The translations under genes were made by a program, and so were the position numbers. Positions 21,581-32,389 of a stretch of 64,000 nt of DNA are shown here, one piece after another (within the stretch, counting starts at the first letter, position 1; every line of letters starts with the position of its first letter). A model generated the notes under the pieces. The model was not told the DNA's origin. It worked only from the letters and a program-made list of their open reading frames with translations, and ran no database searches. Location: NCBI GenBank assembly GCA_963772455.1, contig CAVYXJ010000012.1:1-64000 (forward strand), written 5' to 3'. The DNA comes from Candidatus Bathyarchaeota archaeon (GTDB lineage: Archaea; Thermoproteota; Bathyarchaeia; Bathyarchaeales; Bathycorpusculaceae).

Positions 21581-22148
21581 ATATCTTCGAATAACTGCGA
21601 ACCTTATATAATCATGCAGATGAGTCTTGAATAACCACTCAAGACCCTGCAAAACAACTTCTCAAAGTTTCTTTTCCTCGACAAAAAAAATTTTTTTGAT
21701 AGAGATCCAAATTTTTGATTCTCAAAAAGTTGAAAATTGATTTTCAGGAATGAAAAAGATCATAAAAACTTGTTGAATGTAAGTTTGATGCCCTTAAGAT
21801 CTCATTTTTAGCAAAATTTTTTCTTCTTTACCTAATCAAAGTTGTTTTTTTCAAGGAAAATAACAAATATTGTTCTCTCAAAGAGTACAATTTTATTTTT
21901 CCAGTTTTTGGATTAAAATTTACCTCTTCAAATTTGTAAATTAATGTTTTTTCATTAACGAAATTTAATCGAATAGTCACTTTTAACAACAAACAGTTAA
22001 AAACATACACAACACAATATTAAATTATTATTCTAAAGTTCAAAAAGCACGTTTAACAATCCTTTTTTGCTTTAAAAAAACGAAAACTGTAAACCGTGAA
22101 AAAATAGATTGAAAAAATTCAGTTACCACTATTTCAAAATCTTTTACA

Positions 22149-22565
22149 TCATAATTCGCCTATGACCTGGATAATAATCGATCTTTCTCTGGGATAAACA
22201 TCAGTTTCCACAAAAAGCAGCGACTGCCAAGTTCCAAACTCAACTTGCCCATCAATCACAGGAAGAGTCTTGTCTGGTGGAAGAACCATAGACCGTAAAT
22301 GTGAATGCGCATTAGATGGGTGTTGGTATTCTGCATTTTTTGGAATCAGTTCTTCTAGAAAAACCTTGATGTCTTCTAGTAGAGCATCGTCGTTTTCTGT
22401 CAAAATCAAAACTCCTGTTGCATGAGGAGCAAAAACGTGGACTATACCATTTTTGATTGCGGACTTGTAGACTTCTTCTCGGATTTTTTCGGATAAGTCT
22501 ATGAAGTCTATTTCTCCTTGCGTGGTGAATTTGTAAGTTTTGTTGTGGACTTTAAAAGTTGTCAG
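22149..22565 (-). CDS. yjbQ: YjbQ/UPF0047 family protein, probable CTG start
   Basis: Frame open from CTG 22565 with aaggagaagg upstream; APHATG, SNAHSHLRS, FGTWQ motifs; 138 aa. Confidence 0.85.
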   Translation of the reverse strand: MTTFKVHNKTYKFTTQGEIDFIDLSEKIREEVYKSAIKNGIVHVFAPHATGVLILTENDDALLEDIKVFLEELIPKNAEYQHPSNAHSHLRSMVLPPDKTLPVIDGQVEFGTWQSLLFVETDVYPRERSIIIQVIGEL

Positions 22566-24594
22566 ATTTACCTTCTCCTTTATTTTATTCTTAGGTTTTT
22601 ATTGAAATAGTTTTCGAGATTCTAAAGGAATTAATGTGTTTGGGGGATGCTTTTGTATACCGAATTTAGAAGGCACAAGTCTGTTTCATATGATGATTAA
22701 AAGAATAACCCACATTTTCAGTGCTTTGTAATGAATCAAAATGTTGCAAACTTTAATGATCTATACAAAGTAAACTGCTATTGAGAATTTGATGTGATAG
22801 ATGAATTCCCCTTACTGGCGGTAGCCAAAAAAAAGCTTAACACTTTCTATAGTTAAATCAACTAGTTCTCCCTATTTTTTTTTGAAATTTTTAGGCACTT
22901 GTTTATTCTCTGTGTGGATATGAAAATGAAGTACCTCTTGCAGCTTTTATTAATTGATTTAAAAGAAGGAGTCAATTCTCAAACTCGAAGACTAAAGTTC
23001 GGTGAATTATGCTACTGTTTTCCAGCTCGTTGCATATAGTGATGTTGCTTTTTGATGTAATACTTAATTCACACAAAGCACTGAACTCGGATTTTTATTC
23101 AATTGTGACCCGAATTATTAGTCATATTAGTCAGGCTTGAAACGATCATATTGTGCTCTTAACTAAATGGATTTAAAAAAAGAACGATTAGATGTCTACT
23201 AAGCCTTCTGCATAGTCCAATTTGCCAAAAGAAAAACTGAAAAATAATAAACCCTGAAATAATCTGAACCCTAAATCCCCTAAATAGCTTATTCAATTTT
23301 TAAGTTTTTTTTAAATAAGTTTTAACCGGTTGTGAAAGTCCAAATAAAGAATAAATTATTAGTAGAGAAAAAGATATGGGTTAAAACAAACAAGGTAAAA
23401 CTAGAATTCAAAACAGTTGTAGTCAATGATTTTTTTGGATTTCCAGTTAAGCCCTTGTAATCTTTAAGCACATCACGAGTTAAAATACGAAATTCTGGAA
23501 CCTGCCAACTCGGGTCTAAGGCTCCTAGATAAAGCAACAAAGACATCCTGATAATAATTGTAGAGTTGCCTCTTGAATCAAATTTTCAAACTCCGCTTAA
23601 AAAAAATTGTTTTAAAAGAGCAATCTTTTAGGTCAGATTTCGAACACTTCCTCAAAGTCAATAGAGCTCAAGTTATAATTTTGGCGAAAATATTCCACAT
23701 TTTTAAGCAATAGAATAACGGTTAATCGTAAAGCCCTATTTGCCTAACAGACCTACAATTAAGTCTATTTTGCTATAAAGTTGAATTGAATGTGTTGTTT
23801 TGCTCCGAAAGGCTCTAAATGTAAAAAGTTACAAGTTTTTTCTATGGAAACCATAATCTAACGACCCAATTTAACCTTTAAAACGCAAAAAAGGGTCAAT
23901 TATACCTTAATCGGTTTTAGGGTAAACAACTGGCATGGACATTACCAGAGCCTCATATAAGTACCCTCGAAAATCTCCATGCGAAGCAAAAGGCAGTTTC
24001 TTCGGCTACCCTTCGAGCATAAACCAGCATTTTTAACCTTTTTTTAGTAATTCTGCGAACTTTGACGTTTTCAACAAAATTTTTTTAAGAGCCAATTTTA
24101 TCGTTAGGGGTTGCGCCGGTTTTATTTTTTGTTTTTTTATCCTGCAGTCTATTCTTTTTTTAGGTGTCTTGAAGTTGTTGATTGAATCTTAAGAAATGTT
24201 TTAAGGCAATACTTTGTAATTGATCAAATAGAAAGTTACCGGATTAGTTTCATTGGCGGTTTTGGATTTTTTTGGTGAGGTTTAGGGTTAATTTTTTGAT
24301 CTCTTAAGGATCATTTTTTTATAGCTTTTGAAGTTGGCGGTGACTTTTAAAGTGATTAGTGTACTCTAAACCGCGGATATTTTTAATGTGTGGATGTAAA
24401 AAAATACCTTATCAGTGAGTCTGGTTGTATTTATAATACAGCAATTTTTCACCGTCACCAGAGCTCTCCAATCACACCTGACATGAATTCAAGTGAATAC
24501 GAAAGCATCTCCAAAACACAGTTTCAGTGTCTCCTGAGGAACAATTTTTATCTCAAGAGCCAGATTAGATACAAGCATTCAAGAGGAGAAATCG

Positions 24595-25029
24595 TTGACT
24601 ACTGAAATTGACCGAATCAAACTTCGGCGTTGGCGTAAAAGAGGGTTCTACAGCGAAACAGTCCTGGTTAAACTCCTGCAGAAAAAAGGCTACTACTCTG
24701 TCCGCGTACCGGTAAGCAACCCCAGCCTTAACCCTTTACCAGATATCATGGCACGAAAAGGCAAACACGTCTATGCATTTGAAGTAAAAAACGCCACCTA
24801 CTACGCCTACTTTCCAAGGATGCAAATCGATAAACTCTTCAGGTTTCTCGATCAATTCATTCCCACAGGTAACGAAAATAAACATGCTGTAGTAGCTGCT
24901 CACCTGGGGAAAAGGTGGTTATTTAAGGAAATTAGCTGGATTGACTGGGAAAAAAACAAGATTCCTGACAAGGTAAGGATTCTAAAAAGAGATCGAGGTA
25001 ATTTAAATCTAGACACAAGTTACCAATAG
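24595..25029 (+). CDS. Hjc-like PD-(D/E)xK nuclease (Holliday junction resolvase family)
   Basis: RGFYSE..LVKLL..KGYYSVRVPVS...PDIMA...AFEVK matches the archaeal Hjc signature. Confidence 0.78.
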   Translation: MTTEIDRIKLRRWRKRGFYSETVLVKLLQKKGYYSVRVPVSNPSLNPLPDIMARKGKHVYAFEVKNATYYAYFPRMQIDKLFRFLDQFIPTGNENKHAVVAAHLGKRWLFKEISWIDWEKNKIPDKVRILKRDRGNLNLDTSYQ

Positions 25030-25319
25030 AGATCGTTATCTTGCGACCAAACTAATTATTCCTCTATAACAACTGGTTGATAAGTATCGTTGTTTGTTGT
25101 CGTATTGTTGTGGCTTTGTTGTGTGTGTTAAGGGTTATGATAGGTAGAGTAGCGGTTAGTTAGAAAATCCGAGAGAAAAGGATTAATTTTTTTATCCACC
25201 ACCAACACTTGGCTCACCTCATCAAGTTCAGGTAATGAACTTCAATAAGAAATCGAATTGATTTTTTAATAGAAAATTTTATGAACAAACTCAAATATAA
25301 AGAAATTAAGCAGATTTGA

Positions 25320-25787
25320 ATGTCAATCAAAAAAGTTAACATTCCAAAGATTCTTAATTGGTTTGTCGCCTCAGGAATTGTTCTAAGTTTGGTCGGTCTC
25401 TTTTTGCCTTGGGGCAGTTACCCTTGGCATACTCTCGGTATTGGTGACCATCCATATTATGTTGGTGTTGAGATTTTAGTCGGAGACTTTGCTTTGATAG
25501 GCTGCCTTTGGAGTTTTGGGTTTTATGTACGAAGTCTTAGACACCCAATCCAACCAACAAGATTGGTGATACCTGGCGAACTTGCTGTAGCATTATTTTC
25601 TTCCTTTTGGATTCTTGCTCCTAACATCATTTCCTTCTTTTGGTATTCTGAACACGGACCTTTACGGCTCCTCAACAGCTTTTACCCCTCGACACCTCTA
25701 TATGGTGCTTACGTAAGTCTAACGGGTGCCTTAATTGCACTAATTGCTCATAGCCTTAAAAGTTATGTTAGATTGATTGAGTCTTAA
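25320..25787 (+). CDS. membrane protein, 4 TM
   Basis: LFLPW in TM1, YGAYVSL in the last TM. Confidence 0.65.
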   Translation: MSIKKVNIPKILNWFVASGIVLSLVGLFLPWGSYPWHTLGIGDHPYYVGVEILVGDFALIGCLWSFGFYVRSLRHPIQPTRLVIPGELAVALFSSFWILAPNIISFFWYSEHGPLRLLNSFYPSTPLYGAYVSLTGALIALIAHSLKSYVRLIES

Positions 25788-25931
25788 TCTTGTATGTGTG
25801 TATTAAATTTTAGTAACAGAGAAGAATAAACGTGAATTTTTTAATCTTCTTTTTCTATTAAATATATTATTTTCACCAAAGACCAAACTAAAAGACAAGG
25901 TCTACATGATTATGTAGCCTTTTTTCTAAAT

Positions 25932-26652
25932 TTATTCTTTTAAATCATGATTTAAATTTCGAATTGCCGTAGAGAAGAATTTCATCGTTTCGGTATAAGC
26001 TGGTAATTGACATATGAAGTCTTGAAGTTGAAGAACCGGTACTACGGGGACTTTTCGATAGAATTTGAATGCGCTTGGAACAAGAGAAAGCACGGCTGGA
26101 ATGAACTTGGCTTTTTCCCATTTTGCACATTCAAGTTTTAATGAAATATTTGGCAGAGAATCCACTAGGGCAAGTGTTCTTTGTGTTTGCAAATCAACTA
26201 TTTTGTGGAGAGCTGAAGGTGAAATTGCTCGTTGCCAATGTTTACAGTCAATGCAGATTACGATTGGTTTCTTACAACCGACCACGTCGATTTCCCATCT
26301 TTTTGCTTCATGCTTGAACCTTACATTTTTTTTGACGACGTAGCCATTGTTCTTTAGGGCCAAGGACAGCGATATCTTCAAACTCTTGCCAACATAGCAA
26401 ATCGCTAATATGCTCAATGTCTGCGCCCATATTGGCAGCTTTGACAGCAAGTTTGAGTCGGCTGCTGCTGTCTACTTCAATAACGTTGGTCTTTAGATAA
26501 ATGAGGTTATCATTTTGCAGTTTACAAAGCAACTCCATCGTAGTGTCCAAGGGTATTCTTGCGTCCTTATTGACACATTCAATTAAAACAGTCCCTTCTT
26601 TAGTCAATTTTAAGAGCGAAATTATCAGATTTCGTTCAACACTCATATTCAT
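25932..26652 (-). CDS. wHTH plus restriction-endonuclease-like (Mrr/NERD) protein, frameshift near 26360
   Basis: ORFs 26308-26652 (WQEFEDI) and 25932-26450 (WEIDVVG...IDCKHW) join into one PD-(D/E)xK protein. Confidence 0.75.
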
Positions 26653-27643
26653 GCCTCAATAAAGTTGACACAAAACAAGCAAGAACATTGAAAGCATTCC
26701 ACAGGTTAACAGAACGTGAAGTTGAACTACTAAAAAGCGTATACAGAAGCATCCCCCAAACACACTTTCGCAAATGAAAAACTTCTCCAGTCTTCTTCAA
26801 ACGGTCAATTACCAATTTTTTCACTTATTTGAATTCAATGTTTTCTAATGAAAGAATGTTTCCCTTAACATTTCAAAAAATGAAAATTGTACCCTTTTCG
26901 CTTCTCGTACATAAAAAATATGGTTAGATGAATGGTCTTTTGCACTAATTCAACGCACTTTCACTCAATAGTTAATATATATTTTAACTTTTAAATGTTA
27001 AAATTGAACATTCGATTTATTTTCGCTAAACTGAAAGTCGTTTAGTTAACTTTTACAAAATAAATTTCTAAGAAAAACCAAGTAACACGGAATTTTGAGC
27101 AAAATCAAGCCAGGTACATTAATTATTTTACTCATATCCTATTCTGAGTTCCCCTTACTTTTTGAGTATGACACGTGCAATCTGGATTTAGCAAAATATT
27201 TTTTAAGATTCTGTTCAAATCTTGCTTGAAAGACTTCAATTACTCTATATTTTATTCCGTGTGAAGGATCTAAAGCTGATAAAACGTTATTTTTTAACAC
27301 AAAGATGCTTAATTTTGCACCAGGGTAGTTTGCGTGAAAATTTTAGATTAAATAAAGATTACTGGTAACATTATTTTTTCCGAATCATTCACTTGTTTTG
27401 GTTTGTTGTTTTAATGAATATTTATAGTTCGCCATATTTCGAAAAATTAATGTCTTTTGGCTAAGATTGCTTACTCGTTAATATGTCTGGGCGATGCTTT
27501 CGTATACAAAATTTGAAATTTATTCAAAAAAAAATAAATTGAATGCTAGAAGAAAAAAACCTTGTTAGTTAATTGTTATTAAAGAGTAAAAGATTAAGCC
27601 TCTTTAATCGCGGGCTACAAATAAATGCCTATAAAAGAATTAA

Positions 27644-27844
27644 TTATTTTTCTTCTTCGACGATTGTGCACCCAAGCCTTTTAATGATTTCGTCAGCTCG
27701 CAATGGCTCAATCTTTAATGTATAGAGTTGGCCGGGTGTTCGAAGCTTCAATTTTACTGTATCCTTGAGCCTTTTTACTTGGCATTGTTTTGCTTTGGCG
27801 CTCATGGCCACGAATTTTTCAACATCGGTAATTTCAGATGGCAT
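27644..27844 (-). CDS. rpl38e: ribosomal protein eL38
   Basis: MPSEITDVEKF...VKLKLRT..LYTLK, 66 aa. Confidence 0.88.
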   Translation of the reverse strand: MPSEITDVEKFVAMSAKAKQCQVKRLKDTVKLKLRTPGQLYTLKIEPLRADEIIKRLGCTIVEEEK

Positions 27845-28016
27845 AGGTTTATCCTCTTGTGTTAGTTCGTTGTGATGGATGCAAAGCCAAGTTTTTATTT
27901 GTTTTGGTGCAACATGGCATTCTAATGGTTAATTGCTGATTATTGCAACTCTTATATTCAATTAAATCGCAATAATACGGTTGTACACTGAGGGGTTTGA
28001 TGGAGAAAATAAGCGA

Positions 28017-29253
28017 ATGAAAAAAGAACATGTCCTTTCGCTTATCCTCGTAATTATACTGCTCATTTCAACAATATCTCTTTGGGTTTCGTACACCCAA
28101 AGCAGTAACATCCCGCAGAAAAAACCATTTTATGTTGGTGTCGCCTTTGGCGGGAACACTACCGAGCAAGCAAAACTTCTCATAGACAGGACAAAAAGTT
28201 ATACAAATCTCTTTATTTTGGATTCAGGAATAAACGTCATAAGCACAAACAGGTCAGCAGTCCAAGAAATCTGCGATTATGCTGTTAATGCCGGCTTGAA
28301 CATTATCGTGAATTTGGGAACTTATACACGGGAAAATTGGCCTTGGCAAATCGAGTTTTTCAATGCTTCCACGGAAATGTACGGTGATAAATTTCTTGGC
28401 GTTTATTATGATGACGAGGTCGGAGGTATCCCTCTTGACTGGGATTGGACGAGCTACTTCACCATGAATAGTTACCTTTTCTCCGGTGCAAATCCACTGG
28501 ATTTAACTCATATTCATTATAAACTTCAAATGTCTGCCATAAGTGGAGATAATCCGGAAAACTATACACTTGAAGCCGAATGGTTCAATCAACTTTTAGA
28601 GCGAAACAGAGGTCACAATAGCCTCAAGCAATACAATATTACAACATTCACATCAGACTATGCACTTTACTGGTTTGATTACCTTGGAGGTTACAATACA
28701 CTCTTAGCGCAATTTGGATGGAACGAAAGCGTTACCCAGCAAATATCGCTTGTGCGTGGTGCAGCAACCCTTCAGAATAAGGATTGGGGCGCGATTATAA
28801 CCTGGAAATACAAGCAGCAACCATATCTTGACACAGGTGAAGAAATTTACGATCAAATGGTAACAGCTTACAATGCTGGAGCAAAATATATTACAGTTTT
28901 CGATTTTCCATATAACTCCACTGATAACCCATATGGCATCTTAACCAATGACCATTTTCAAGCACTTGAGAAATTCTGGACCCAAATTTTAACAAAACAA
29001 ACACCTAATTCTGTACATGCTGAAGTTGCATTGGTTTTGCCAAAGGATTACGGGTGGGGTATGCGAAATATAGATGATAAAATTTGGGGTTTTTGGGGTC
29101 CAGACGAAAAATCGCCTATAATTTGGAATATCTCCCAAACGCTACTCAGACAAATATGGTACACGCATGGATATTGTTTATGATGATGCAGCGTTTCCAC
29201 TACAAGGAAATTATTCAAAAGTTTATTTTTGGAACCAAACAATCATAAAGTAA
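28017..29253 (+). CDS. secreted hypothetical protein with possible TIM-barrel glycoside-hydrolase-like fold, frameshift near 29150
   Basis: Signal/TM at N-terminus; YYDDEVGG, FTSDYALYWFDY, WGAIITW, PKDYGWG; alternative frame ends DIVYDD...VYFWNQTIIK*. Confidence 0.7.
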
Positions 29254-29293
29254 AAATTAAAGAAAAGGGGTTCAGGTTAGACCTGTTGTAGTT

Positions 29294-29500
29294 TTATTTT
29301 TTTGGGCGAATGACAAGTTTTAGGGTGACGTCAACGTTGTATTCTTTGTCCATTTTTCCAACTGCGAAGTTCCAATCTTTAACGTCAACTTCCATGTCTT
29401 TGAATTGGTTAATGATTGCTTCTTTGTATTCTTGGGCGGTTTCGCCTATTTTCTGCAGCTTCTCAGTTATGTTAATTTGTGTTTCTGGCATACAATGCAC
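29294..29500 (-). CDS. small hypothetical protein
   Basis: 68 aa ORF with ggaggtg RBS; likely start MPETQ. Confidence 0.65.
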   Translation of the reverse strand: MHCMPETQINITEKLQKIGETAQEYKEAIINQFKDMEVDVKDWNFAVGKMDKEYNVDVTLKLVIRPKK

Positions 29501-29651
29501 CTCCTAAGATAATGTTTAATTAACTATTATTATCTGTGGATCGAGTACCTTTTATAAATTTGTGATTGTGTGATCACAACAGCAAGAGAAGTTAGGTAGC
29601 TATGCGGTCAAAATTTCAATTACAACCAGTTCAAGTTAAAATGGCGATTAC

Positions 29652-29728
29652 TGGTGGGCCGTACCGGATTTGAACCGGTGATCTTCGCCGCGTGAGGGCG
29701 ACGTCCTAGCCAGCTAGACTAACGGCCC
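29652..29728 (-). tRNA. tRNA-Val(CAC), CCA encoded
   Basis: gggccgt/acggccc acceptor stem, tcgcc-ctCACgc-ggcga anticodon arm, accgg-ttcaaat-ccggt T arm. Confidence 0.97.
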
Positions 29729-29813
29729 TTGCTTAGGGTTTGTGAATACATAGTTTTCCTTCATAAAACCTTTACTTAACAAACACATTATCAATGTTTA
29801 AGTGAATCTAAAA

Positions 29814-29936
29814 ATGCCAGAATACAACGACTTTGAAGAACACAAGCACGACGGCTTTTTGGTTTTTGCATGTTTTCTAGGCAGTGCATTGGCAGGTTAC
29901 CTGCTTATGAACCATTATGCCTTACTGGGAATTTAA
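29814..29936 (+). CDS. possible 40-aa single-TM peptide (not in ORF track)
   Basis: MPEYNDFEEHKHDGFLVFACFLGSALAGYLLMNHYALLGI, between the two tRNAs. Confidence 0.35.
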   Translation: MPEYNDFEEHKHDGFLVFACFLGSALAGYLLMNHYALLGI

Positions 29937-30004
29937 GGTATAAAAATTATCAGAAACCTTTAAAATACCTAGTTTCATGTTTGATGTGGTATCCCAGGAT
30001 ATGT

Positions 30005-30081
30005 GCCGAGGTAGCTCAGCCTGGGAGAGCGCTCGGCTGAAGACCGAGTCGTCGCATGTTCAAACCCTGCCCTCGGCACCA
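30005..30081 (+). tRNA. tRNA-Phe(GAA), CCA encoded
   Basis: gccgagg/cctcggc acceptor stem, ctcgg-ctGAAga-ccgag anticodon arm; T stem has one U-C mismatch. Confidence 0.95.
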
Positions 30082-30239
30082 CCAACTAACCCTAAATTAA
30101 GCCTATTTTGAGGAAGAAGCACATTTTTGGCATAATTTATTTACACTCATAGATTCGTGAAACTTTGGAAATGAATAGAATCAAATCTGTAGAACTCTTT
30201 TTTTCTTTTTGTTACCCATAAGCACATAGGCGACTAAAA

Positions 30240-30455
30240 GTGACCCTGACCGTCAATAGCGATGAACTAAAAACTGTTCTTGATAAACTAGATACTGTCA
30301 AACTTGAAATTATACGATTAAGAGCAACGTTGTTGCCAGAAGAAGAAGCTACAGAACAAGAAAAGAAAGAGATAAAAAAAGCGAAACAAGAATCAAAAGG
30401 GTCAAAGATAGACCTTAAAGAGTATATTGATGAACTGGGTCCTGCTGATATCTAA
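30240..30455 (+). CDS. putative RelB-like antitoxin
   Basis: LLPEEEATEQEKKEIKKAK...IDLKEYIDELG; directly followed by a RelE-like start. Confidence 0.65.
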   Translation: MTLTVNSDELKTVLDKLDTVKLEIIRLRATLLPEEEATEQEKKEIKKAKQESKGSKIDLKEYIDELGPADI

Positions 30456-30596
30456 TTGTTCGACATTACTGTTACTCAACGAGCTCAGAAAGGTTCCAAG
30501 AAGCTGCCTGAACAACTCAAACGTAGACCGATTGGACATGACTTTCCTTCCGACAAATGTGACTCAAGTCGTTTTTTACAAATCAAAACAATTTAA
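30456..30596 (+). pseudogene. truncated RelE/ParE-type toxin
   Basis: TTG right after the antitoxin stop: MFDITVTQRAQKGSKKLPEQLKRR resembles a RelE N-terminus, then similarity is lost; 46 aa. Confidence 0.55.
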
Positions 30597-30856
30597 CCTC
30601 AGAAAAATTGCCAACTATTTGAAATAACTTTTCAGTTTCTTTCGATTTCCGAAGTACTAAAAATCCTCACTCTTTTGCAAGATACCCAATGAATTTTAGC
30701 CAAATCAAAGCTACACTAAACATTGAAAGCAACAGTAACCAGAATAACGAACTATCAATGAGCTGTTGTGGCCGCTGACAGCCAGCCACAAACGCTTAAA
30801 TCCACGAGGTCCTCCTTTGAATTTTAAAGCTTAATTTTAAAAAGAAAAATAAGGAA

Positions 30857-31246
30857 GTGGAGCAATTGGCGAAATATGTAGATGGATTTGTAATTATAGT
30901 TCCTAAAGACAAAATTGGAGATTACCAAAAAATGGCAGAGGGAGGAAAAGAGATGTGGATGAAATACGGCGCACTCGAATACATGGAATGTATGGGGGAA
31001 GATCTTGAACCAAAAGAAACTGGCGGCATGAAACCTCTGGGATTCACAGAGCTCACAAAAGCACAACCAAACGAAACAATATGGTTCTCATTTATTGTCT
31101 TTAAGTCAAAACAGCACCGAGACGAAGTCAACGCTAAAGTAATGGAGGAAATGACAAAGCAAGCAGAAGAATACAAGGATTTTGCGATGCCATTTGATGT
31201 GAAACGAATGGCGTACGGCGGATTCGAAGCCAAAGTAGAAGGATAA
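30857..31246 (+). CDS. DUF1428 (YbaA-like) protein, copy 1
   Basis: YVDGFV..VPK, GALEYMEC, WFSFIV, RDEVNAKVM, MPFDVKRMAYGGF. Confidence 0.9.
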   Translation: MEQLAKYVDGFVIIVPKDKIGDYQKMAEGGKEMWMKYGALEYMECMGEDLEPKETGGMKPLGFTELTKAQPNETIWFSFIVFKSKQHRDEVNAKVMEEMTKQAEEYKDFAMPFDVKRMAYGGFEAKVEG

Positions 31247-31504
31247 AGTTCTTTTTTTCTCCTGTTTCAATTGTATAGGAAACCGATTCCAGACTGTGTG
31301 AAAACTCAAATTTAGTTTTAGAAATTGTGTCTTATTTCTTAAAAGACACCATAAAGCATCTACCAAATCATCATACTTAGCAATTTTCTGAAACTATAAT
31401 TAATTTTTTTAACAGTCTGGTCAAGGGGTAATCCGGGCCTAATACTACTTTGAGAAATTTGTTAAGCAGTTCAAAATCTTTTGCATTACAAATGAGTCAA
31501 ATGC

Positions 31505-32389
31505 CTATGCATATGCAGCTATCTTAGCCATTACTCTTAGATTCGACATCATTCTTAAGGGAGATTGAAAGGACCCTGCAAGACAACCACAGTTTGAACA
31601 GTCCGGGTTATAGCCAAAGCATCGTCTTTTGTTCCACGAAACGTCAAAATGAAGGACTCCATCTCCCCACGTACATGAGTCTCGATGATCTGGAAATTCA
31701 TACCATTTTATCATCGCGTTTCCCATCAGAAAATGCTTGGGAAATAATACCTTGACTCTCTTTATTTCTTTTATTAAGGCGGCTCTTTCTTTTTTATCTA
31801 CAACCATTGAGGACCCGTGCTCGTTTCCGCCCGAACAAATATTGCAAACTACGCCTTCGAACCCGTTTTTTTCTGCAATTCTTGTTACATCTTCAAGCTC
31901 GTTGAAGTTGTTCTTGGTAAGAGTCATATTAATTATAACGCGTTTATCTCCTGAATAATTATCAATTACTTTAGCAAAAACATCTTTCCCTCTGATTGAG
32001 TCGTTTGTTTTTGGTAACCCATCTAATGAGACAAATAATCTGTGATTAAATTTTTCAGGTATCCTGATTGTTCCGTTTGTTATAACGTAGACCAAAGGGA
32101 ATATTTTATCAGCAAGCATTAAAACATCCTGCCTAAGCGCGGGTTCGCCTCCTACCAGCAAAACTGCCCTTATTCCTGATTTGAAAAGATTTTTAAATCT
32201 TTTTTCCCAAATAGAAATTTGCAACTCTTGCTTTTTTAGATCTTCTTTACCGTGAAAATGATAACAGTGTTTGCACCTGAGGTTACAATTGTCGGTGACA
32301 TCAATTTCCGCGAAAAATTTTGTTCTGAACATAATTCTCTTCAGATCAAGCCAAAAGAAGAGCAAAATTGTTTGCAGTTGCTTTTTCAT
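31505..32389 (-). CDS. radical SAM protein with C-terminal Cys cluster
   Basis: CNLRCKHC, GGEP, SLDG; C-terminal C...C...CSNCGC. Confidence 0.88.
   Translation of the reverse strand: MKKQLQTILLFFWLDLKRIMFRTKFFAEIDVTDNCNLRCKHCYHFHGKEDLKKQELQISIWEKRFKNLFKSGIRAVLLVGGEPALRQDVLMLADKIFPLVYVITNGTIRIPEKFNHRLFVSLDGLPKTNDSIRGKDVFAKVIDNYSGDKRVIINMTLTKNNFNELEDVTRIAEKNGFEGVVCNICSGGNEHGSSMVVDKKERAALIKEIKRVKVLFPKHFLMGNAMIKWYEFPDHRDSCTWGDGVLHFDVSWNKRRCFGYNPDCSNCGCLAGSFQSPLRMMSNLRVMAKIAAYA

Larger units (their letters stand above)
17923..27507. repeat. six dispersed copies of a 26-bp motif GTATACRAAAGCATCNCCCAAACACA
   Basis: Copies at 17923-17948(+), 20099-20125(+), 22635-22660(-), 24495-24520(+), 26739-26764(+), 27482-27507(-), all intergenic. 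Confidence 0.85.

Noticed and set aside
25085-25160. GT-rich low-complexity tract after the Hjc-like gene
   Set aside because: No regular repeat unit or convincing structure.
17923-27507. 26-bp motif as CRISPR repeat or IS terminal repeat
   Set aside because: Spacing is kilobases, orientation is mixed, and no cas gene, transposase or target-site duplication is seen.
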